64,000 nucleotides of DNA from an uncultured bacterium (GCA_963744715.1 CAVUUR010000009.1:64001-128000), one strand, 5' to 3'; counted from the stretch's first letter, positions 30,671-43,476 are shown. Made by a program: numbers and translations. The notes: generated by a model not told the origin, from the sequence alone.

Positions 30671-32266
30671 TTATGATATTTTTGTGTCTCTATACCAATA
30701 ATTAAACAAAAAAAGCATAGCCATGGTTAGGAGTGTTCCGATAGTCAATGACAGTATGCTGCTTATGAGTAACCCATATGAAATGGAAAACCCAGCCACT
30801 ATATAGGCGATGGCCGTTGCTATGAGAGCGGGAAGCGCATAAGGAAATTGTGTAATGACATGATCATGTAAATAACATCCTGCACTTGCAGCGGCCATAA
30901 CGGTGGTTGTACCTATAGGGGAAACATGTTCACCTGCAACAGATCCGGCAAAAATAGCGCCGATGACCGGAAAAAGAAGGCTAACGTGCTCGGGGCTGGC
31001 AGGAATTGCCAGATTAAAAAATGCAGTGAGCATAGGAATGGCCAAAGGCACCAATACCGCAATAGTTCCCCACGCTGATCCAGTACCTGCTGAAGTAACG
31101 AGTGCTGTTACGAAGAACATTACCGGTAAAAATCCGGCATTAATTGAACCTATAATGAGATGAGCAATATATTCACCAGCTTTCAAATCATTTTTGAGTA
31201 AGCTACTAAAGGTCCATGCAAGAAGAAGAATGGCGATAGAATCTTTCATAAGATTTAATCCCTCTTTAAAAAGCATCGGCAAAGCATGTAAGGTTATCTT
31301 GTTGGTGATAAAAAAAATGCTAAAGCTACTTATAAAGGCAATAATGACTCCTACTAATAGTGCTAAAAAAATATTCACCGTTTGTATGGTAGCAATCAGC
31401 GAATTCGTGCCGCCCAACCATGATGAATTTCCTAAATAAAGAATAGATAAAAATATTGATATAAATAATGAGCCAATAGGCATGATGAAATCAAAAAGAG
31501 AGCCTTCTTGTTGTTCATGGAGGGTAGTTTCAGGCAAAGGAGTTTTTCCGCCAAAAAGATTACCGCTTTCATGGGCTATCAATTCTTGTTTACGCATGGG
31601 TCCGAAAGAAATAGGCACTTGTACAATAAAAAATAGTGAAAATATTATGATAATTGAATAAAAAATAAAAGGGATAATTTGTAAATAAATTGCAAAGGGA
31701 TCAGCTAAAATAAGCGGTTTGTCGGCGCTATGTAAAGAAACACCAGCTTTTTCAAGTTGCATGAGTAACATGGCGATCCAAGTCGATATCGGAATCAAAA
31801 TGAGTAGTGGCGATCCCAGTGACTGGAGAAAAAACGCTAATTTTGCGCGTGGAATTTTAAATGAATCAGTTATCGATTTCATAATAGAACCGACGGTTAA
31901 AATACTGAAATATTCATCAATCGCAAAACAGATTGATAAACATAGGGAAGCCATTTCAACCTTTTTTGTAGTATGAAGTCTTTTTTTAATAAGTTTTGCG
32001 TAAGCGGCGGTTCCACCGGTATGGCTCATCATGGTTATCAAAGATCCTAAAATAATTAAGAATGAGAACATGTAGATATTTGAAGAGTCAAACTGTTCTA
32101 TAACGTTATAAAAAACAATGCGGATAGTTTCCAGGGGGGCAAAATCAGCTACGATGAATGCTGCGATTACAATACCGATAAAGAGGGCGGGAAGAACTTT
32201 TTTGGTTATAAATGCCACGGCTAAGACAATAACCGTAGGCATTAACACTATCCATGAATTAATCAT
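30671..32266 (-). CDS. Na+/H+ antiporter NhaC family protein
   Basis: Polytopic; IDEY, GTGSAWGT, GEHVSPI, HVITQFPYA. Confidence 0.88.
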   Translation of the reverse strand: MINSWIVLMPTVIVLAVAFITKKVLPALFIGIVIAAFIVADFAPLETIRIVFYNVIEQFDSSNIYMFSFLIILGSLITMMSHTGGTAAYAKLIKKRLHTTKKVEMASLCLSICFAIDEYFSILTVGSIMKSITDSFKIPRAKLAFFLQSLGSPLLILIPISTWIAMLLMQLEKAGVSLHSADKPLILADPFAIYLQIIPFIFYSIIIIFSLFFIVQVPISFGPMRKQELIAHESGNLFGGKTPLPETTLHEQQEGSLFDFIMPIGSLFISIFLSILYLGNSSWLGGTNSLIATIQTVNIFLALLVGVIIAFISSFSIFFITNKITLHALPMLFKEGLNLMKDSIAILLLAWTFSSLLKNDLKAGEYIAHLIIGSINAGFLPVMFFVTALVTSAGTGSAWGTIAVLVPLAIPMLTAFFNLAIPASPEHVSLLFPVIGAIFAGSVAGEHVSPIGTTTVMAAASAGCYLHDHVITQFPYALPALIATAIAYIVAGFSISYGLLISSILSLTIGTLLTMAMLFLFNYWYRDTKIS

Positions 32267-32467
32267 AAAGAATCTTTTTAAAAAAATATTTCAGTAGTAC
32301 AATTTTTTATCATAATACCGAATCTTTGTAAAAAAACCTACTTTTTTGATTTCTTTGATAGTTTAAAGGGGCGCTGAGAGTATAAATGTTATTTGACCAA
32401 GACCGATTTTTACGATATCATTATCGAATATATAATTTTTGCTTTCTGATCTCCAATAAGGATTTAC

Positions 32468-32905
32468 ATGAATATAGATATGAATAGAGCGTTTTTTTTA
32501 CGAAAAGAAGATAGAAAACCTCAATGGATAAAAATTGATGCTAAAGGTAAAATTTTAGGTCGTTTAGCTACTCATATAGCGGATGTTTTACATGGTAAAA
32601 ATAAACCTTTTTATACACCGCATACCGATTCTGGTGATTACGTTGTTGTTGTTAATGCAAAAGATGTTGTATTAAGTGGCAAAAAAGCTGAAACCAAAAT
32701 TTATGATCGCTATAGCGGCTGGATGGGTGGTTATAAAACTATATTAGCCGGGCAATTAATGAAGAAAAATCCGGGGCTGTTATTTGAATTGGCAGTGAGA
32801 CGCATGTTGCCAAAGGGTAAATTGGGTCGCGCTATATTCAAAAAATTAAAGGTGTATCCAGAAGCTGAACACCCTCACCATGGCCAAATAGCTAAAACAA
32901 AGTAA
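32468..32905 (+). CDS. rplM: 50S ribosomal protein L13
   Basis: LGRLAT, GKNKPFYTPH.D.GD, MLPKG. Confidence 0.97.
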   Translation: MNIDMNRAFFLRKEDRKPQWIKIDAKGKILGRLATHIADVLHGKNKPFYTPHTDSGDYVVVVNAKDVVLSGKKAETKIYDRYSGWMGGYKTILAGQLMKKNPGLLFELAVRRMLPKGKLGRAIFKKLKVYPEAEHPHHGQIAKTK

Positions 32906-32928
32906 ATTTAGTTAACATTAGAATTTTC

Positions 32929-32960
32929 AGGGATTGTTACTCGTTAACAATCCCTTTTTT
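32929..32960 (+). terminator. Rho-independent terminator of rplM
   Basis: AGGGATTGTTA-CTCGT-TAACAATCCCT followed by a T-tract. Confidence 0.85.
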
Positions 32961-32996
32961 ATTTGGTATTGCCTTTTCCTAGATAATTTTTCCATT

Positions 32997-33024
32997 AAAA
33001 AAGGGACGATTGAGAAATCGTCCC
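32997..33024 (-). terminator. Rho-independent terminator of rseP
   Basis: GGGACGATT-GAGA-AATCGTCCC with A6 on the plus strand. Confidence 0.8.
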
Positions 33025-33049
33025 CGTATAAATATTGATGTGTTGATTT

Positions 33050-34153
33050 CTAAAAAATAAAGCGAAGAATGTCTTTAACGCTTAAATAAAGTGCTAAAGC
33101 TACGACGGCCACCCAGCATGCATAATGAATATAAATTTTAACCTTTTCAGGTAACGGTCTACGGATAATTGCTTCAATGGTGTAAAAAACAATTTGCCCA
33201 CCATCCATAATAGGAAGAGGCAACATGTTCAATACGGCAAGGTTTACGCTGATAAAAGCCAATAATAAAAGAAATACCCGTATTCCCTTTTCTGCACCTT
33301 TGATGGTTTGAGAAATAACCATTAAAGGACCGCCAATATTGTCGAATGCTCGTTTGGTAAAAATATTTTTAAAGGCAACCCATACTTGTTCCATAATAAC
33401 ATGGGTTGAGTGGATGCCCATCTTGATCGATTCAAAAAATGAGTAGGTTGGTATGAGAAAATCGATGCCTAAGTAGCCAAAGGTTGTTTGTTGTATCGTT
33501 TTTTCGCCAATGACGATCGTTTTTTCTTCGTTGTGGCCATTGCGCTCAACGGTGATGATTACATTTTGTTGTGCTTTTGTCTTTATTGCATTTACTAATT
33601 CTTCTGCTTTATTAATAGGTGATCCATCAAAAGCGATAATCTTATCCCCAGGTTCAAGTCCATATTGTTGTGCTGGTGAATCAACTTCAACCGAGCTAAT
33701 AATAGTTGTGGCATTTCCCGGATACAAGAGTGCTGATTTTGGCATACCAACATAATAAAGGCCAGAAAGGACAATGTAAGAAAAGATAATATTAAAGAGA
33801 ATGCCACCGAGCATTACTAAGAGTTTTTGATAATACGGTTTACAAGCAAAAGAATATTGGCTCATATTGTGCGCCTCTTTTTGCTCTCCTTGACCGATTT
33901 CGGCTGCTCCGGCAATTTCTACGTAGCCACCCAGCGGGATAGCTGAAAGGGCAAATTCTGTTTGTCCAATTTTTTTACTAATGAGTTTTGGCCCCATTCC
34001 TATGGAAAAAGATGGCGTGCTAATATAAAAAAGTTTGCAGAAAAGAAAGTGTCCAAGTTCATGCCAACCTATAAGAAAACCTATGCCGACTAATCCAGCA
34101 ATAATAAAGAAAAGAGGCTGAATTAAGGAAAAAAATGAAAACAGGGATGTCAT
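33050..34153 (-). CDS. rseP: RIP metalloprotease RseP (M50, PDZ)
   Basis: HELGH, PLGGYV, NMLPLPIMDGG. Confidence 0.93.
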   Translation of the reverse strand: MTSLFSFFSLIQPLFFIIAGLVGIGFLIGWHELGHFLFCKLFYISTPSFSIGMGPKLISKKIGQTEFALSAIPLGGYVEIAGAAEIGQGEQKEAHNMSQYSFACKPYYQKLLVMLGGILFNIIFSYIVLSGLYYVGMPKSALLYPGNATTIISSVEVDSPAQQYGLEPGDKIIAFDGSPINKAEELVNAIKTKAQQNVIITVERNGHNEEKTIVIGEKTIQQTTFGYLGIDFLIPTYSFFESIKMGIHSTHVIMEQVWVAFKNIFTKRAFDNIGGPLMVISQTIKGAEKGIRVFLLLLAFISVNLAVLNMLPLPIMDGGQIVFYTIEAIIRRPLPEKVKIYIHYACWVAVVALALYLSVKDILRFIF

Positions 34154-34286
34154 AATGTATAACTCCTTAGTATGAGAAAAAAATTTATTTTTATAATTTT
34201 TACTGTAGATATTCCTCATAACCTAGCATTTATCTTTTCAGACGTCTATGAATATGCAGGTATTTATTGTTTTGATTTGATTCCAC

Positions 34287-34314
34287 TTGAAAAAAAACAT
34301 AAAAAGGCTAAACT
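34287..34314 (+). promoter_or_regulatory. Candidate sigma70 promoter of the str operon
   Basis: TTGAAA-N16-TAAACT about 130 bp upstream of rpsL. Confidence 0.45.
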
Positions 34315-34444
34315 ATTAAAGATCTTACTTCCAAAAGAAAAGTAACAAGATGTTTTCTGCGATGAGCAGCAATTTTATGTAATTTTAGTTTTGGTTGTTT
34401 TTTTTGTTAAAGACAAGGTTCATTTTACGTTAGGAATTTCTGTT

Positions 34445-34814
34445 ATGCCTACAATAAATCAACTTGGCCGATGTTGGTCGAAAAAAAGTTGTTTATAAAT
34501 CAAAGAGTCCGCATTAAAAAATGCTCCTCAAGCACGTGGTGTTTGTACACGTGTATTTACTACAACACCAAAAAAACCAAACTCAGCATTGCGTAAAGTT
34601 GCGCGTGTTAAGCTTTCAACGGGTATCGAAGTAACTGCCTATATTCCTGGTGAAGGGCACAATTTGCAAGAGCACTCTGTGGTGTTGGTGCGTGGTGGCA
34701 GGGTTAAAGATTTGCCAGGTGTTAAATACCATATTGTTCGCGGGCATTGATACTGCAGGTGTTGAAAATAGAAAACAAGGTCGTTCATTCTATGGCGCAA
34801 AACGGCCTAAATAA
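34445..34814 (+). CDS. rpsL: 30S ribosomal protein S12 (indels, probably sequence errors)
   Basis: MPTINQL...[15 protein letters not shown]...[10 protein letters not shown]...RVKDLPGV across frames. Confidence 0.95.
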
Positions 34815-34838
34815 GCGTAAATAAGGAAAGGTGTTTCT

Positions 34839-35321
<483 letters not shown>

Positions 35322-35335
35322 GTAGAAGGTTAGTC

Positions 35336-37406
35336 ATGAGTAAAGATTTACAAAATATAGAAATATAGGTATCGCTGCCCACATTGATGCGGGTAAAACA
35401 ACGGTTACAGAGCGAATTCTTTTTTATACGGGTGTTACTCATAAGATTGGTGAAGTTCATGAAGGTGAAGCGGTTATGGATTGGATGGAGCAAGAGCGAG
35501 AGCGTGGTATTACCATTACCTCTGCTGCAACTACTTGTTCTTGGAAGGATCATCACATTAATATTATTGATACTCCTGGGCACGTTGATTTTACCATTGA
35601 AGTAGGTCGTTCGTTGCGTGTTCTTGATGGAATGGTCGGTGTTTTTTGTGGTGTTGCGGGTGTTCAGCCGCAATCTGAAACAGTATGGCGTCAGGCAAGC
35701 GATATAAGGTTCCGCGTATTATTTTTGTTAATAAACTTAGATCGCGTTGGCGCTGATTATTTTACGCGTTGTTAACGATATTAATGAAAAGTTACACGTT
35801 AATGCTGTTGCTATGCAAATGCAAGTAGGTATGTCAGAAGATTTTAATGCTATTATTGATCTTTTGACACGTAAAATGGCAACTTTAGTGAAGATGATCA
35901 AGGTATCACCGTTACCTGGACTGATGTTCCTGCAGAATACATAGAGCAGATGGAAGAGTTGCGCGATAATATTGTTGAAAAAGCATGTGATTTTGATGAA
36001 GCATTAGCAGAAAAATATTTAAATGAAGAAGAAATTACTATTGCTGAAATAAAGGCTGCATTGCGAAAAGGTGTTGTTAGCCAAAAAATTGCATTAGCAT
36101 TTTGTGGAACTGCTTTTAAAAATAAAGGTGTGCAGCTTAGTGCTTGATGCGGTAGTTGATTATTTGCCATCGCCATTTGATGTTCCTCCTGTTATAGGGC
36201 TGATTCCTGGTAGCGATAAAGAAGAAGAGCGCAAACCGAGTGATCCCGATGGGCCATTTTGTGCGTTAGTATTTAAAATTATGACCGACCCCTATGTTGG
36301 TGTTTTTACGTTTATTCGTGTTTATTCTGGTGAGTTAAAGTCTGGTTCATATGTTTATAATGCAAATACTGGTACTAAAGAACGTGTTAGCCGTTTGGTA
36401 AAAATGCATGCTAATAAACGAGAAGAAATTGATTCAGTTGAGTGCAGGAGATATTGCTGCCGTCGTTGGTATAAAAGATGCAACGACGGGGCACACGTTA
36501 TGTGCAAGAAGGGCATTTATTGCTTTTAGAATCAATTGATGTTCCGGCTCCTGTTATTTCTGCTTCAGTTGAACCTAAGAATAAAGGTGATTATGAAAAA
36601 ATGGTTCTTGCTTTACGTAAAATGATGCAAGAAGATCCTTCGTTTAGATTTTCTTATAATCAAGAGACAGGTCAAACGGTTATTGAAGGTATGGGTGAGT
36701 TGCACTTAGAAATTGTCGTTGATCGTTTAAGAAGAGAGCAAAAAGTAGAAATTGTTCAAGGTAAGCTTCAAGTTGCCTATAAAGAAACAATTCAAAAATC
36801 AGTTGATTCAGAAGGTAAATATATTAAGCAATCTGGTGGCCGTGGTCAATATGGTCATGTTTGGGTTAAATTGGAACCTTTGCCTCGTGGTGGAGGATTT
36901 ATTTTTGAAGATGATATTGTTGGTGGTACGATACCTAAAGAATTTATTCCTGGTATTCGAAAGGGTATTGAAGAGGCATTAACAGCGGGTGTTCTTGGAG
37001 GATATCCGGTTGTTGATGTGAAAGTATCATTGTATGATGGTTCATATCATGATGTTGACTCTTCAGAAATGGCATTTAAAATTGCCGGTTCTATGGCATT
37101 TAAAAGTGGTATGTCACAAGCGTCTCCTGTATTGTTAGAGCCTATTATGAAAGTTGAAGTGGAAACACCAGATGAGTATATAGGTGACGTTATGGGTGAT
37201 TTAAATTCGCGAAGAGGGCAGATTTTGGGTATGGAAGCTAAAGGCGGTAGCCAAGTTATTAATGCAGAAGTTCCACTGGAGAAATGCTTGGCTATGCGAC
37301 AACCTTGCGTTCTATGACAAAGGGTCGCGCTGGGTATTCAATGGAGTTTGAATGTTATAAAGAAGTTCCAAAACATATTGAAACTTCTGTAACGCAAAAG
37401 AAATAG
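35336..37406 (+). CDS. fusA: Elongation factor G (several indels)
   Basis: [36 protein letters not shown] split over several ORFs. Confidence 0.95.
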
Positions 37407-37445
37407 TTTAATAAATTGTAATAACTATCCTGAGGAGACCATTCA

Positions 37446-38638
37446 ATGGCAAAAGAAGGTATATTTGAAGGAAAAAACCTCACGTTAATATAGGTACTAT
37501 TGGTCACGTTGACCATGGTAAAACAACGTTAACAGCTGCAATTACAAAATATTTAGCAACAAAAGGGCAAGCTAATTTTACAGCGTATGACCAAATTGAT
37601 AATTCTCCCGAAGAACGTGAACGGGGAATTACGATTTCTACATCGCATGTCGAATATGAAACCGATAAACGACACTATGCGCACGTAGATTGCCCGGGTC
37701 ATGCTGACTATATTAAGAATATGATCACAGGTGCCGCTCAAATGGATGGTGCCATTTTAGTTGTTTCTGCTGCTGATGGCGCTATGCCACAAACGCGTGA
37801 ACACATCTTATTGGCAAAAAACGTAGGTGTTCCTGCGCTTGTTGTTTTCTTAAACAAAGTTGATATGGTCGATGATCCAGAAATGATTGATATGGTCGAA
37901 GAAGAAGTTAGAGATCTTATGACCAAATATGGATTTCCTGGGGATAAAGTTCCCGTTATACGTGGATCTGCGTTAAAAGCTTTAAATGGCGATACTGGTG
38001 AATTAGGTTATCAAGCAATTCAAAAATTATTGGATGCTGTTGATACCTATGTGCCAGAACCAGTACGTGATATTGATAAACCGTTCCTTATGCCAGTTGA
38101 AGGCGTTTTTTCTATTGCAGGCCGTGGTACGGTAGCAACAGGAAGAGTTGAACGTGGTAGAGTTAAGGTTGGTGAAGAAGTTGAAATTGTTGGGTTTAAT
38201 ACCAACTTTAAAACAACCGTCACCGGCGTAGAAATGTTTAGAAAAGAATTAAAAGAAGGCCAAGCTGGTGATAATCTAGGTCTTTTACTTCGTGGTGTTA
38301 AGAAGGAAGATATTGAGCGTGGTCAAGTTATTGCAAAAACGGGATCAGTTACTCCTCATCAGAAGTTTAAGTGCCAAGTATATATCTTAAGCAAAGAAGA
38401 AGGCGGTCGTCATAGTGCATTCTTTAATGGATATCGTCCGCAATTTTATTTCAGAACAACGGACGTTACTGGGATAGTAACGCTTGAGGCTGGTCGTGAA
38501 ATGGTTATGCCTGGCGATAACGTTAATTTGATTGTTGATTTAATAGCTCCTATTGCAATGGAAAAAGATTTGCGATTTGCTATTCGTGAAGGTGGTAGAA
38601 CAGTTGGTTCTGGTGTAGTAACTGAGATTCTTAAATAA
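37446..38638 (+). CDS. tuf: Elongation factor Tu (5' indel near 37469)
   Basis: [30 protein letters not shown]. Confidence 0.97.
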
Positions 38639-38656
38639 ACAAGTTAGGTTTTTTTC

Positions 38657-38962
38657 ATGAAAAAGCAAAGAATTCGCTTATCGTTAAAATCATATGATCA
38701 TCAATTGCTGGATAAAGCGGTTAAACAAATAGTTTTAACAGTAAAAAGAACAGGTTCCGAAGTAATGGGGCCTGTTCCTTTACCTAATCAAAGTCGCTGT
38801 ATAACAGTATTGAGATCTCCTCATATTGATAAAAAGTCGCGTGAGCAATTTGTTTTAAGAACACATAAGCGTATTTTAGATATTGTTGCTCCTTCAGACC
38901 AAACAATGGATGCGCTTATGAAATTGAGTATTTCATCAGGCGTAGACGTTGAAATTCGATAA
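38657..38962 (+). CDS. rpsJ: 30S ribosomal protein S10
   Basis: [19 protein letters not shown]. Confidence 0.97.
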   Translation: MKKQRIRLSLKSYDHQLLDKAVKQIVLTVKRTGSEVMGPVPLPNQSRCITVLRSPHIDKKSREQFVLRTHKRILDIVAPSDQTMDALMKLSISSGVDVEIR

Positions 38963-38978
38963 TTAGAAAGGTCTTGAA

Positions 38979-39599
38979 ATGTTAAGAGGTGTTTGGGGGA
39001 AAAAAATAGGAATGACACAATTTTTTTCTGAAAATGATGGTGTGATTCCTGTAACAGTTATTAATCTTGCTGATTGGATTGTTACTGTTATAAAAAATAA
39101 GCAACGTGATGGCTATGATGCTATTCAGGTTGGTTGTAAAAGAGAGAAATATGCCGATCAAGCATTTTCGAATGAATGGTTGAAAAAGCCAAAACAATAT
39201 TTTGGTTTTTTAAGAGAAATTAAAGTAGCTGATGCAAATCACGGTTATGAAGTTGGTCAATCAATTGATTTTGGTTCTGCATTATCAATTGGTGAAAAAG
39301 TTAATGTTCGTGGTACAACCAAAGGATACGGATTTCAAGGTGTTGTAAAAAGACATGGTTTCCGTGGAGGCTCAGCAAGTCATGGCCCCCGCTTTGGAAG
39401 ATGGCCTGGCTCAGTTGGTGCCTTTAGATCACAAGGTAAGGTTATTAAAGGGAAGCGATTGCCGGGGCACATGGGTTGTACGCAACGAGTTATGCGACAA
39501 TTAGAAGTAATAAATATTGAACCAGCATCACGAATTGCTCTTGTAAAAGGATCAGTTCCTGGTAGTTCCGGTTCGTTGGTATTCATGCAGAAAGCGTAG
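38979..39599 (+). CDS. rplC: 50S ribosomal protein L3
   Basis: GKKIGMTQ, GFQGVVKRHGF. Confidence 0.97.
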   Translation: MLRGVWGKKIGMTQFFSENDGVIPVTVINLADWIVTVIKNKQRDGYDAIQVGCKREKYADQAFSNEWLKKPKQYFGFLREIKVADANHGYEVGQSIDFGSALSIGEKVNVRGTTKGYGFQGVVKRHGFRGGSASHGPRFGRWPGSVGAFRSQGKVIKGKRLPGHMGCTQRVMRQLEVINIEPASRIALVKGSVPGSSGSLVFMQKA

Positions 39600-39607
39600 G
39601 TTAAATA

Positions 39608-40267
39608 ATGTGTGCGCAAAAAGCAGCTAAAACTAATGATATTGCACAAGGTAGTATTGTAGAGAAATTGACACGTAAAAATTTTGACGCAGAACTGCCG
39701 CAAAGAAATCTTGATAAAGCAAGCTTTGCTATATATATTCGGCAATTATTACAGAATTGGCGTCAAGGAACGGTTGCCTGTAAAGGACGTTCTGACGTTA
39801 GTTATGCCAATAGAAAGCCATGGAAGCAAAAAGGAACAGGCCGTGCTCGTGCAGGGTCTGCACGTTCTCCACTGTGGAGAGGCGGCGGTATTATTCATGG
39901 GCCTCAGAAACGTGTGCGTACCTTAAAAACATCTAAGCAATTGCGTAGTGGTGTTTTAAATACGTTGTTCTGGAATTATTTAGAACAAGGAAAAATTGCG
40001 TATTTAGATTGGACATTAACGCATGACACGCCTAAAACGTCTCATGCATATAAAGCATTGCAAAGTGCGAAGTTATTAGATCATAAAATTGCGATTTTTT
40101 TATCGCCAGATGATGCCGCGCATTATTCTTCATTTGCAAACATTAAGAATGTAAAAGTACTTTTTTTTGATGAAGCAAATGCTTATAGCGTAGCGTCAAA
40201 TGATCGTTTGATTTTTTTGAAAAAAGATTTTGATGCATTTAAGGAAATGGTGGCCAAATGGCTTTAA
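39608..40267 (+). CDS. rplD: 50S ribosomal protein L4
   Basis: [15 protein letters not shown]. Confidence 0.96.
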   Translation: MCAQKAAKTNDIAQGSIVEKLTRKNFDAELPQRNLDKASFAIYIRQLLQNWRQGTVACKGRSDVSYANRKPWKQKGTGRARAGSARSPLWRGGGIIHGPQKRVRTLKTSKQLRSGVLNTLFWNYLEQGKIAYLDWTLTHDTPKTSHAYKALQSAKLLDHKIAIFLSPDDAAHYSSFANIKNVKVLFFDEANAYSVASNDRLIFLKKDFDAFKEMVAKWL

Positions 40268-40605
40268 CAATTTATGATGTTATACAAAAGCCTATTGTTA
40301 CCAGTAAGGCTTCTGAATTAGCAAGAAAATTTAATCAATATACTTTACAAGTTCATCCTGATGCAAATAAACCATTGATTGCTGAAGCATTAAAAAAATT
40401 ATTTAATGTTTTAGTTAAAGATATAAACATTATAGTTCGTCAGGGAAAAAATCGTACTTTTAAAAGAATTAAAAGTAAAGGGAAGTTAACTAAGCGAGCT
40501 ATTGTTACCTTGAAGGCTGGATATTCTTTAAGCGTAGCAGAAGGTCAAGGTTTACCGACAGAGCAAAGAACTGTTGAGCAATCAGAAGTGATGACGAAGG
40601 AATAG
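40258..40605 (+). CDS. rplW: 50S ribosomal protein L23
   Basis: P.VTSKA, ANK..I, KRAIVTL; synteny. Confidence 0.93.
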   Translation: MALTIYDVIQKPIVTSKASELARKFNQYTLQVHPDANKPLIAEALKKLFNVLVKDINIIVRQGKNRTFKRIKSKGKLTKRAIVTLKAGYSLSVAEGQGLPTEQRTVEQSEVMTKE

Positions 40606-40611
40606 GATCTT

Positions 40612-41427
40612 ATGGCTATAGTAACGCGAAAACCAAGAAATTCTTCATTGCGAGCTCAAACATTTCTTAGTTCGACCGATTTGACAACGAATACTCCCGA
40701 AAAATCGTTAATCGTTGGATTACGAAAAAAAGGCGGCAGAAATGCTTATGGCCGTATAACGGTAAGGCATAGAGGCGGCGGTGCTCAACGAAAATATCGT
40801 ATTATTGATTTTAAACGAGTTGAGCGCGATGTTCCTGGCTCGATTGTTTCAATAGAGTATGACCCAAATCGTAATGTTCGAATAGGGTTAGTCGTCTATG
40901 AAAATGGCGTAAAATGCTACATATTAATGCCGGATGGATTAGGCGTAGGAGCTAAAGTTTTAGCCGGAACAAACGTTGATCCTAAAACCGGTAATTGTTT
41001 GCCGTTAAAATCAATTCCCGTTGGTTTTATGGTGCATAATATTGAAATGAGACCTGGCTCGGGCGGAAAATTAGCACGAAGTGCTGGTATGTCTGCTCAA
41101 ATAATGGCCAAAGATGATAATAATGTTACGCTTAAAATGCCATCTGGTGAAATTAGGATGGTAAATAATAATTGTTGGGCAACGGTAGGTGTTCTTGGTA
41201 ATGCCGATCATAAAAACATTGTTATTGGTAAAGCTGGCAGAACAAGACATTTGGGTTTTAGACCTTCAGTTCGTGGTATGGCTATGAACCCGGTTGACCA
41301 TCCACATGGTGGTGGTGAAGGTCGTTCTAAATCTGGTTCGCATCCGACAACTCCATGGGGTAAAGGTTGCAAAGGTACCAGAACAAGAAGACGTAAAAAT
41401 CCGTTGATTTTAAAGAGACGTAGATAG
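40612..41427 (+). CDS. rplB: 50S ribosomal protein L2
   Basis: [19 protein letters not shown]. Confidence 0.98.
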   Translation: MAIVTRKPRNSSLRAQTFLSSTDLTTNTPEKSLIVGLRKKGGRNAYGRITVRHRGGGAQRKYRIIDFKRVERDVPGSIVSIEYDPNRNVRIGLVVYENGVKCYILMPDGLGVGAKVLAGTNVDPKTGNCLPLKSIPVGFMVHNIEMRPGSGGKLARSAGMSAQIMAKDDNNVTLKMPSGEIRMVNNNCWATVGVLGNADHKNIVIGKAGRTRHLGFRPSVRGMAMNPVDHPHGGGEGRSKSGSHPTTPWGKGCKGTRTRRRKNPLILKRRR

Positions 41428-41453
41428 TTCGTCATTATAGGAAAGAAATAATA

Positions 41454-41738
41454 ATGGCAAGATCGATTAGTAAAGGACCATTTGTTGATGAATCTCTTAT
41501 GAAAAAGATTCAAAAACTTAAAAGTAGTGGTAAGCGAGATGTTGTTAAAACATGGTCAAGACGTAGTATGGTGATACCAGACTTTGTTGGATTGACTATA
41601 GCAGTGCACAATGGGAAAAAATTTATCCCTGTTTTTGTTACTGAAAATATGGTAGGACATTATTTAGGAGAATTTGCGCCGACAAGAACTTTTAGAGTGC
41701 ATAGCGGACAACGCAAGGCTGGCGCAACTCCGGAATAA
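41454..41738 (+). CDS. rpsS: 30S ribosomal protein S19
   Basis: [20 protein letters not shown]. Confidence 0.97.
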   Translation: MARSISKGPFVDESLMKKIQKLKSSGKRDVVKTWSRRSMVIPDFVGLTIAVHNGKKFIPVFVTENMVGHYLGEFAPTRTFRVHSGQRKAGATPE

Positions 41739-41836
41739 TTATAATCACCAGACATTTGTATAAAAATTATTTATACTAGTTTAAATATGATAAAGAATAC
41801 GTTTTTATTAGGTGATTTACATACGTAAGGAAAAAA

Positions 41837-42184
41837 ATGCAATTTGTTGCAAAGGCGAAATTTATACGTTATTCGCCATATAAATTAAGACCTTTAGCTG
41901 ATGTGATTAGAGGGAAAAAAATACCCTATGCTTTAGGCTGGTTGGCAACGCATCAAACAAGAAGGGTAAGCCCTTTAAAAAAAATGATAGAATCAGCGGT
42001 TGCTAATGCAAAACAATTGAAGAACGTTAATCCTGAAGATCTTGTTATTAAAGATCTCCGCATTGATCAAGGGCCAATATTTAAGTATTTTAAGCCCGGA
42101 GCAATGGGAAGAGCGGTTATATTAAGAAAGCGATTTAGTCATTTAAGTGTTATATTAGAAAATAAGTCACAAGAAGAGGTATAG
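41837..42184 (+). CDS. rplV: 50S ribosomal protein L22
   Basis: SPYKLR, SAVANA, AMGRA. Confidence 0.95.
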   Translation: MQFVAKAKFIRYSPYKLRPLADVIRGKKIPYALGWLATHQTRRVSPLKKMIESAVANAKQLKNVNPEDLVIKDLRIDQGPIFKYFKPGAMGRAVILRKRFSHLSVILENKSQEEV

Positions 42185-42185
42185 C

Positions 42186-42818
42186 GTGGGTCAAAAAGTT
42201 AATCCTAGAGGATTCAGGCTAGGGATTTATGGCGATTGGGATGCTCGTTGGTTTGCACGAGATTCTTACGGCAAGCAAATTATTGAAGATATTAAGTTAA
42301 GAAAATATCTTAGTAAAATTCTTGATGGTGCTGAAGTTGCTCGAACAGAAATTGAAAAAGCTGGCGACAACATAAAAATTATTGTTCATTCAGCTCGTCC
42401 AGGCGTTGTTATTGGTAAAAAAGGCCAAGACATCGAAGGATTAAGAAAAGAGATTGCTACGCAATTGAAAAAAACAGGCGTTGAAGTATCAGTACAAGAA
42501 GTAAAAACTCCTGAATTAAATGCAACGTTAGTAGCTAAGAATATTGCTACACAATTGGAAAAACGAGCTAGTTATAAGCAAGCAATGAAAAAAGCAGCAG
42601 ATACTTGCATGAGAGCAGGCGCTAAAGGTGTTAAAATTCGTTGTGCTGGTCGATTAGCTGGTGCTGAAATTGCTCGGGAAGAATGGACACGTAGAGGAGC
42701 TGTTCCTTTACATACATTAAGATCAGATATCGATTATGGTTTTGCGGAAGCAATAACAACATACGGTAAAATTGGTGTTAAGGTCTGGATTTGCAAGGGT
42801 GATTTTCAAATAATTTGA
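42186..42818 (+). CDS. rpsC: 30S ribosomal protein S3
   Basis: [22 protein letters not shown]. Confidence 0.97.
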   Translation: MGQKVNPRGFRLGIYGDWDARWFARDSYGKQIIEDIKLRKYLSKILDGAEVARTEIEKAGDNIKIIVHSARPGVVIGKKGQDIEGLRKEIATQLKKTGVEVSVQEVKTPELNATLVAKNIATQLEKRASYKQAMKKAADTCMRAGAKGVKIRCAGRLAGAEIAREEWTRRGAVPLHTLRSDIDYGFAEAITTYGKIGVKVWICKGDFQII

Positions 42819-42843
42819 TAATACGGTATGTGGAAGTAAAATT

Positions 42844-43275
42844 ATGTTATTAATGCCAAAAAAAACTAAATATCGTAAAGTGCAAAAAGGACGTTTAAAA
42901 GGTATCTCTAAAGGTGCGCTAACGGTTGCTTTCGGTGATTATGGACTCAAAGCAGTTGAAGCTTCTCGGTTAACAGCTCAACAAATAGAAGCAGTTAGAA
43001 TTACCATTTCTCGTCAGCTAAAAAAAGGTGGTAAGCTTTATTTACGCGTTTTCCCTGATAAGCCGGTTACCAAAAAACCTGCAGAAACACGTATGGGTAA
43101 AGGTAAAGGTAATCCAGAGCTATGGGTTGCCGTAGTAAAAAGAGGCCGTATAATGTTTGAAGTGCAGGGGTTAGAAGAAAAAGAGGCTAAAGAAGTGCTA
43201 AAGTTAGCGGCTTATAAGCTTCCTATGAAAACGCAAATTGTGAAGAAATTGGTGGAAGATCATGAACAAAAATAA
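42844..43275 (+). CDS. rplP: 50S ribosomal protein L16
   Basis: RMGKGKG, KLPMKT. Confidence 0.97.
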   Translation: MLLMPKKTKYRKVQKGRLKGISKGALTVAFGDYGLKAVEASRLTAQQIEAVRITISRQLKKGGKLYLRVFPDKPVTKKPAETRMGKGKGNPELWVAVVKRGRIMFEVQGLEEKEAKEVLKLAAYKLPMKTQIVKKLVEDHEQK

Positions 43276-43459
43276 TGTAGAATTTAAAACGATGTCCAAA
43301 GATCAGCTTTATAAACAGGTTGAGACATTACGTGGTGAATTATTTAGTTTAAGGCTTAATGGCACGGCATCACACATCAAAGACTATTCACAATTTAAAA
43401 AATTAAAAAGAGCAATAGCAAGAGCGCTAACGCATTTACGCCAAAAAATACAGGATTAA
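43262..43459 (+). CDS. rpmC: 50S ribosomal protein L29
   Basis: ELFSLR, IARALT; synteny. Confidence 0.9.
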   Translation: MNKNNVEFKTMSKDQLYKQVETLRGELFSLRLNGTASHIKDYSQFKKLKRAIARALTHLRQKIQD

Positions 43460-43476
43460 TTAGTTAAAGGTAATCA

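Noticed and set aside
34315..34444. rpsL 5' leader as a structured ncRNA
   Set aside because: Only short, weak AT-rich pairings are visible.
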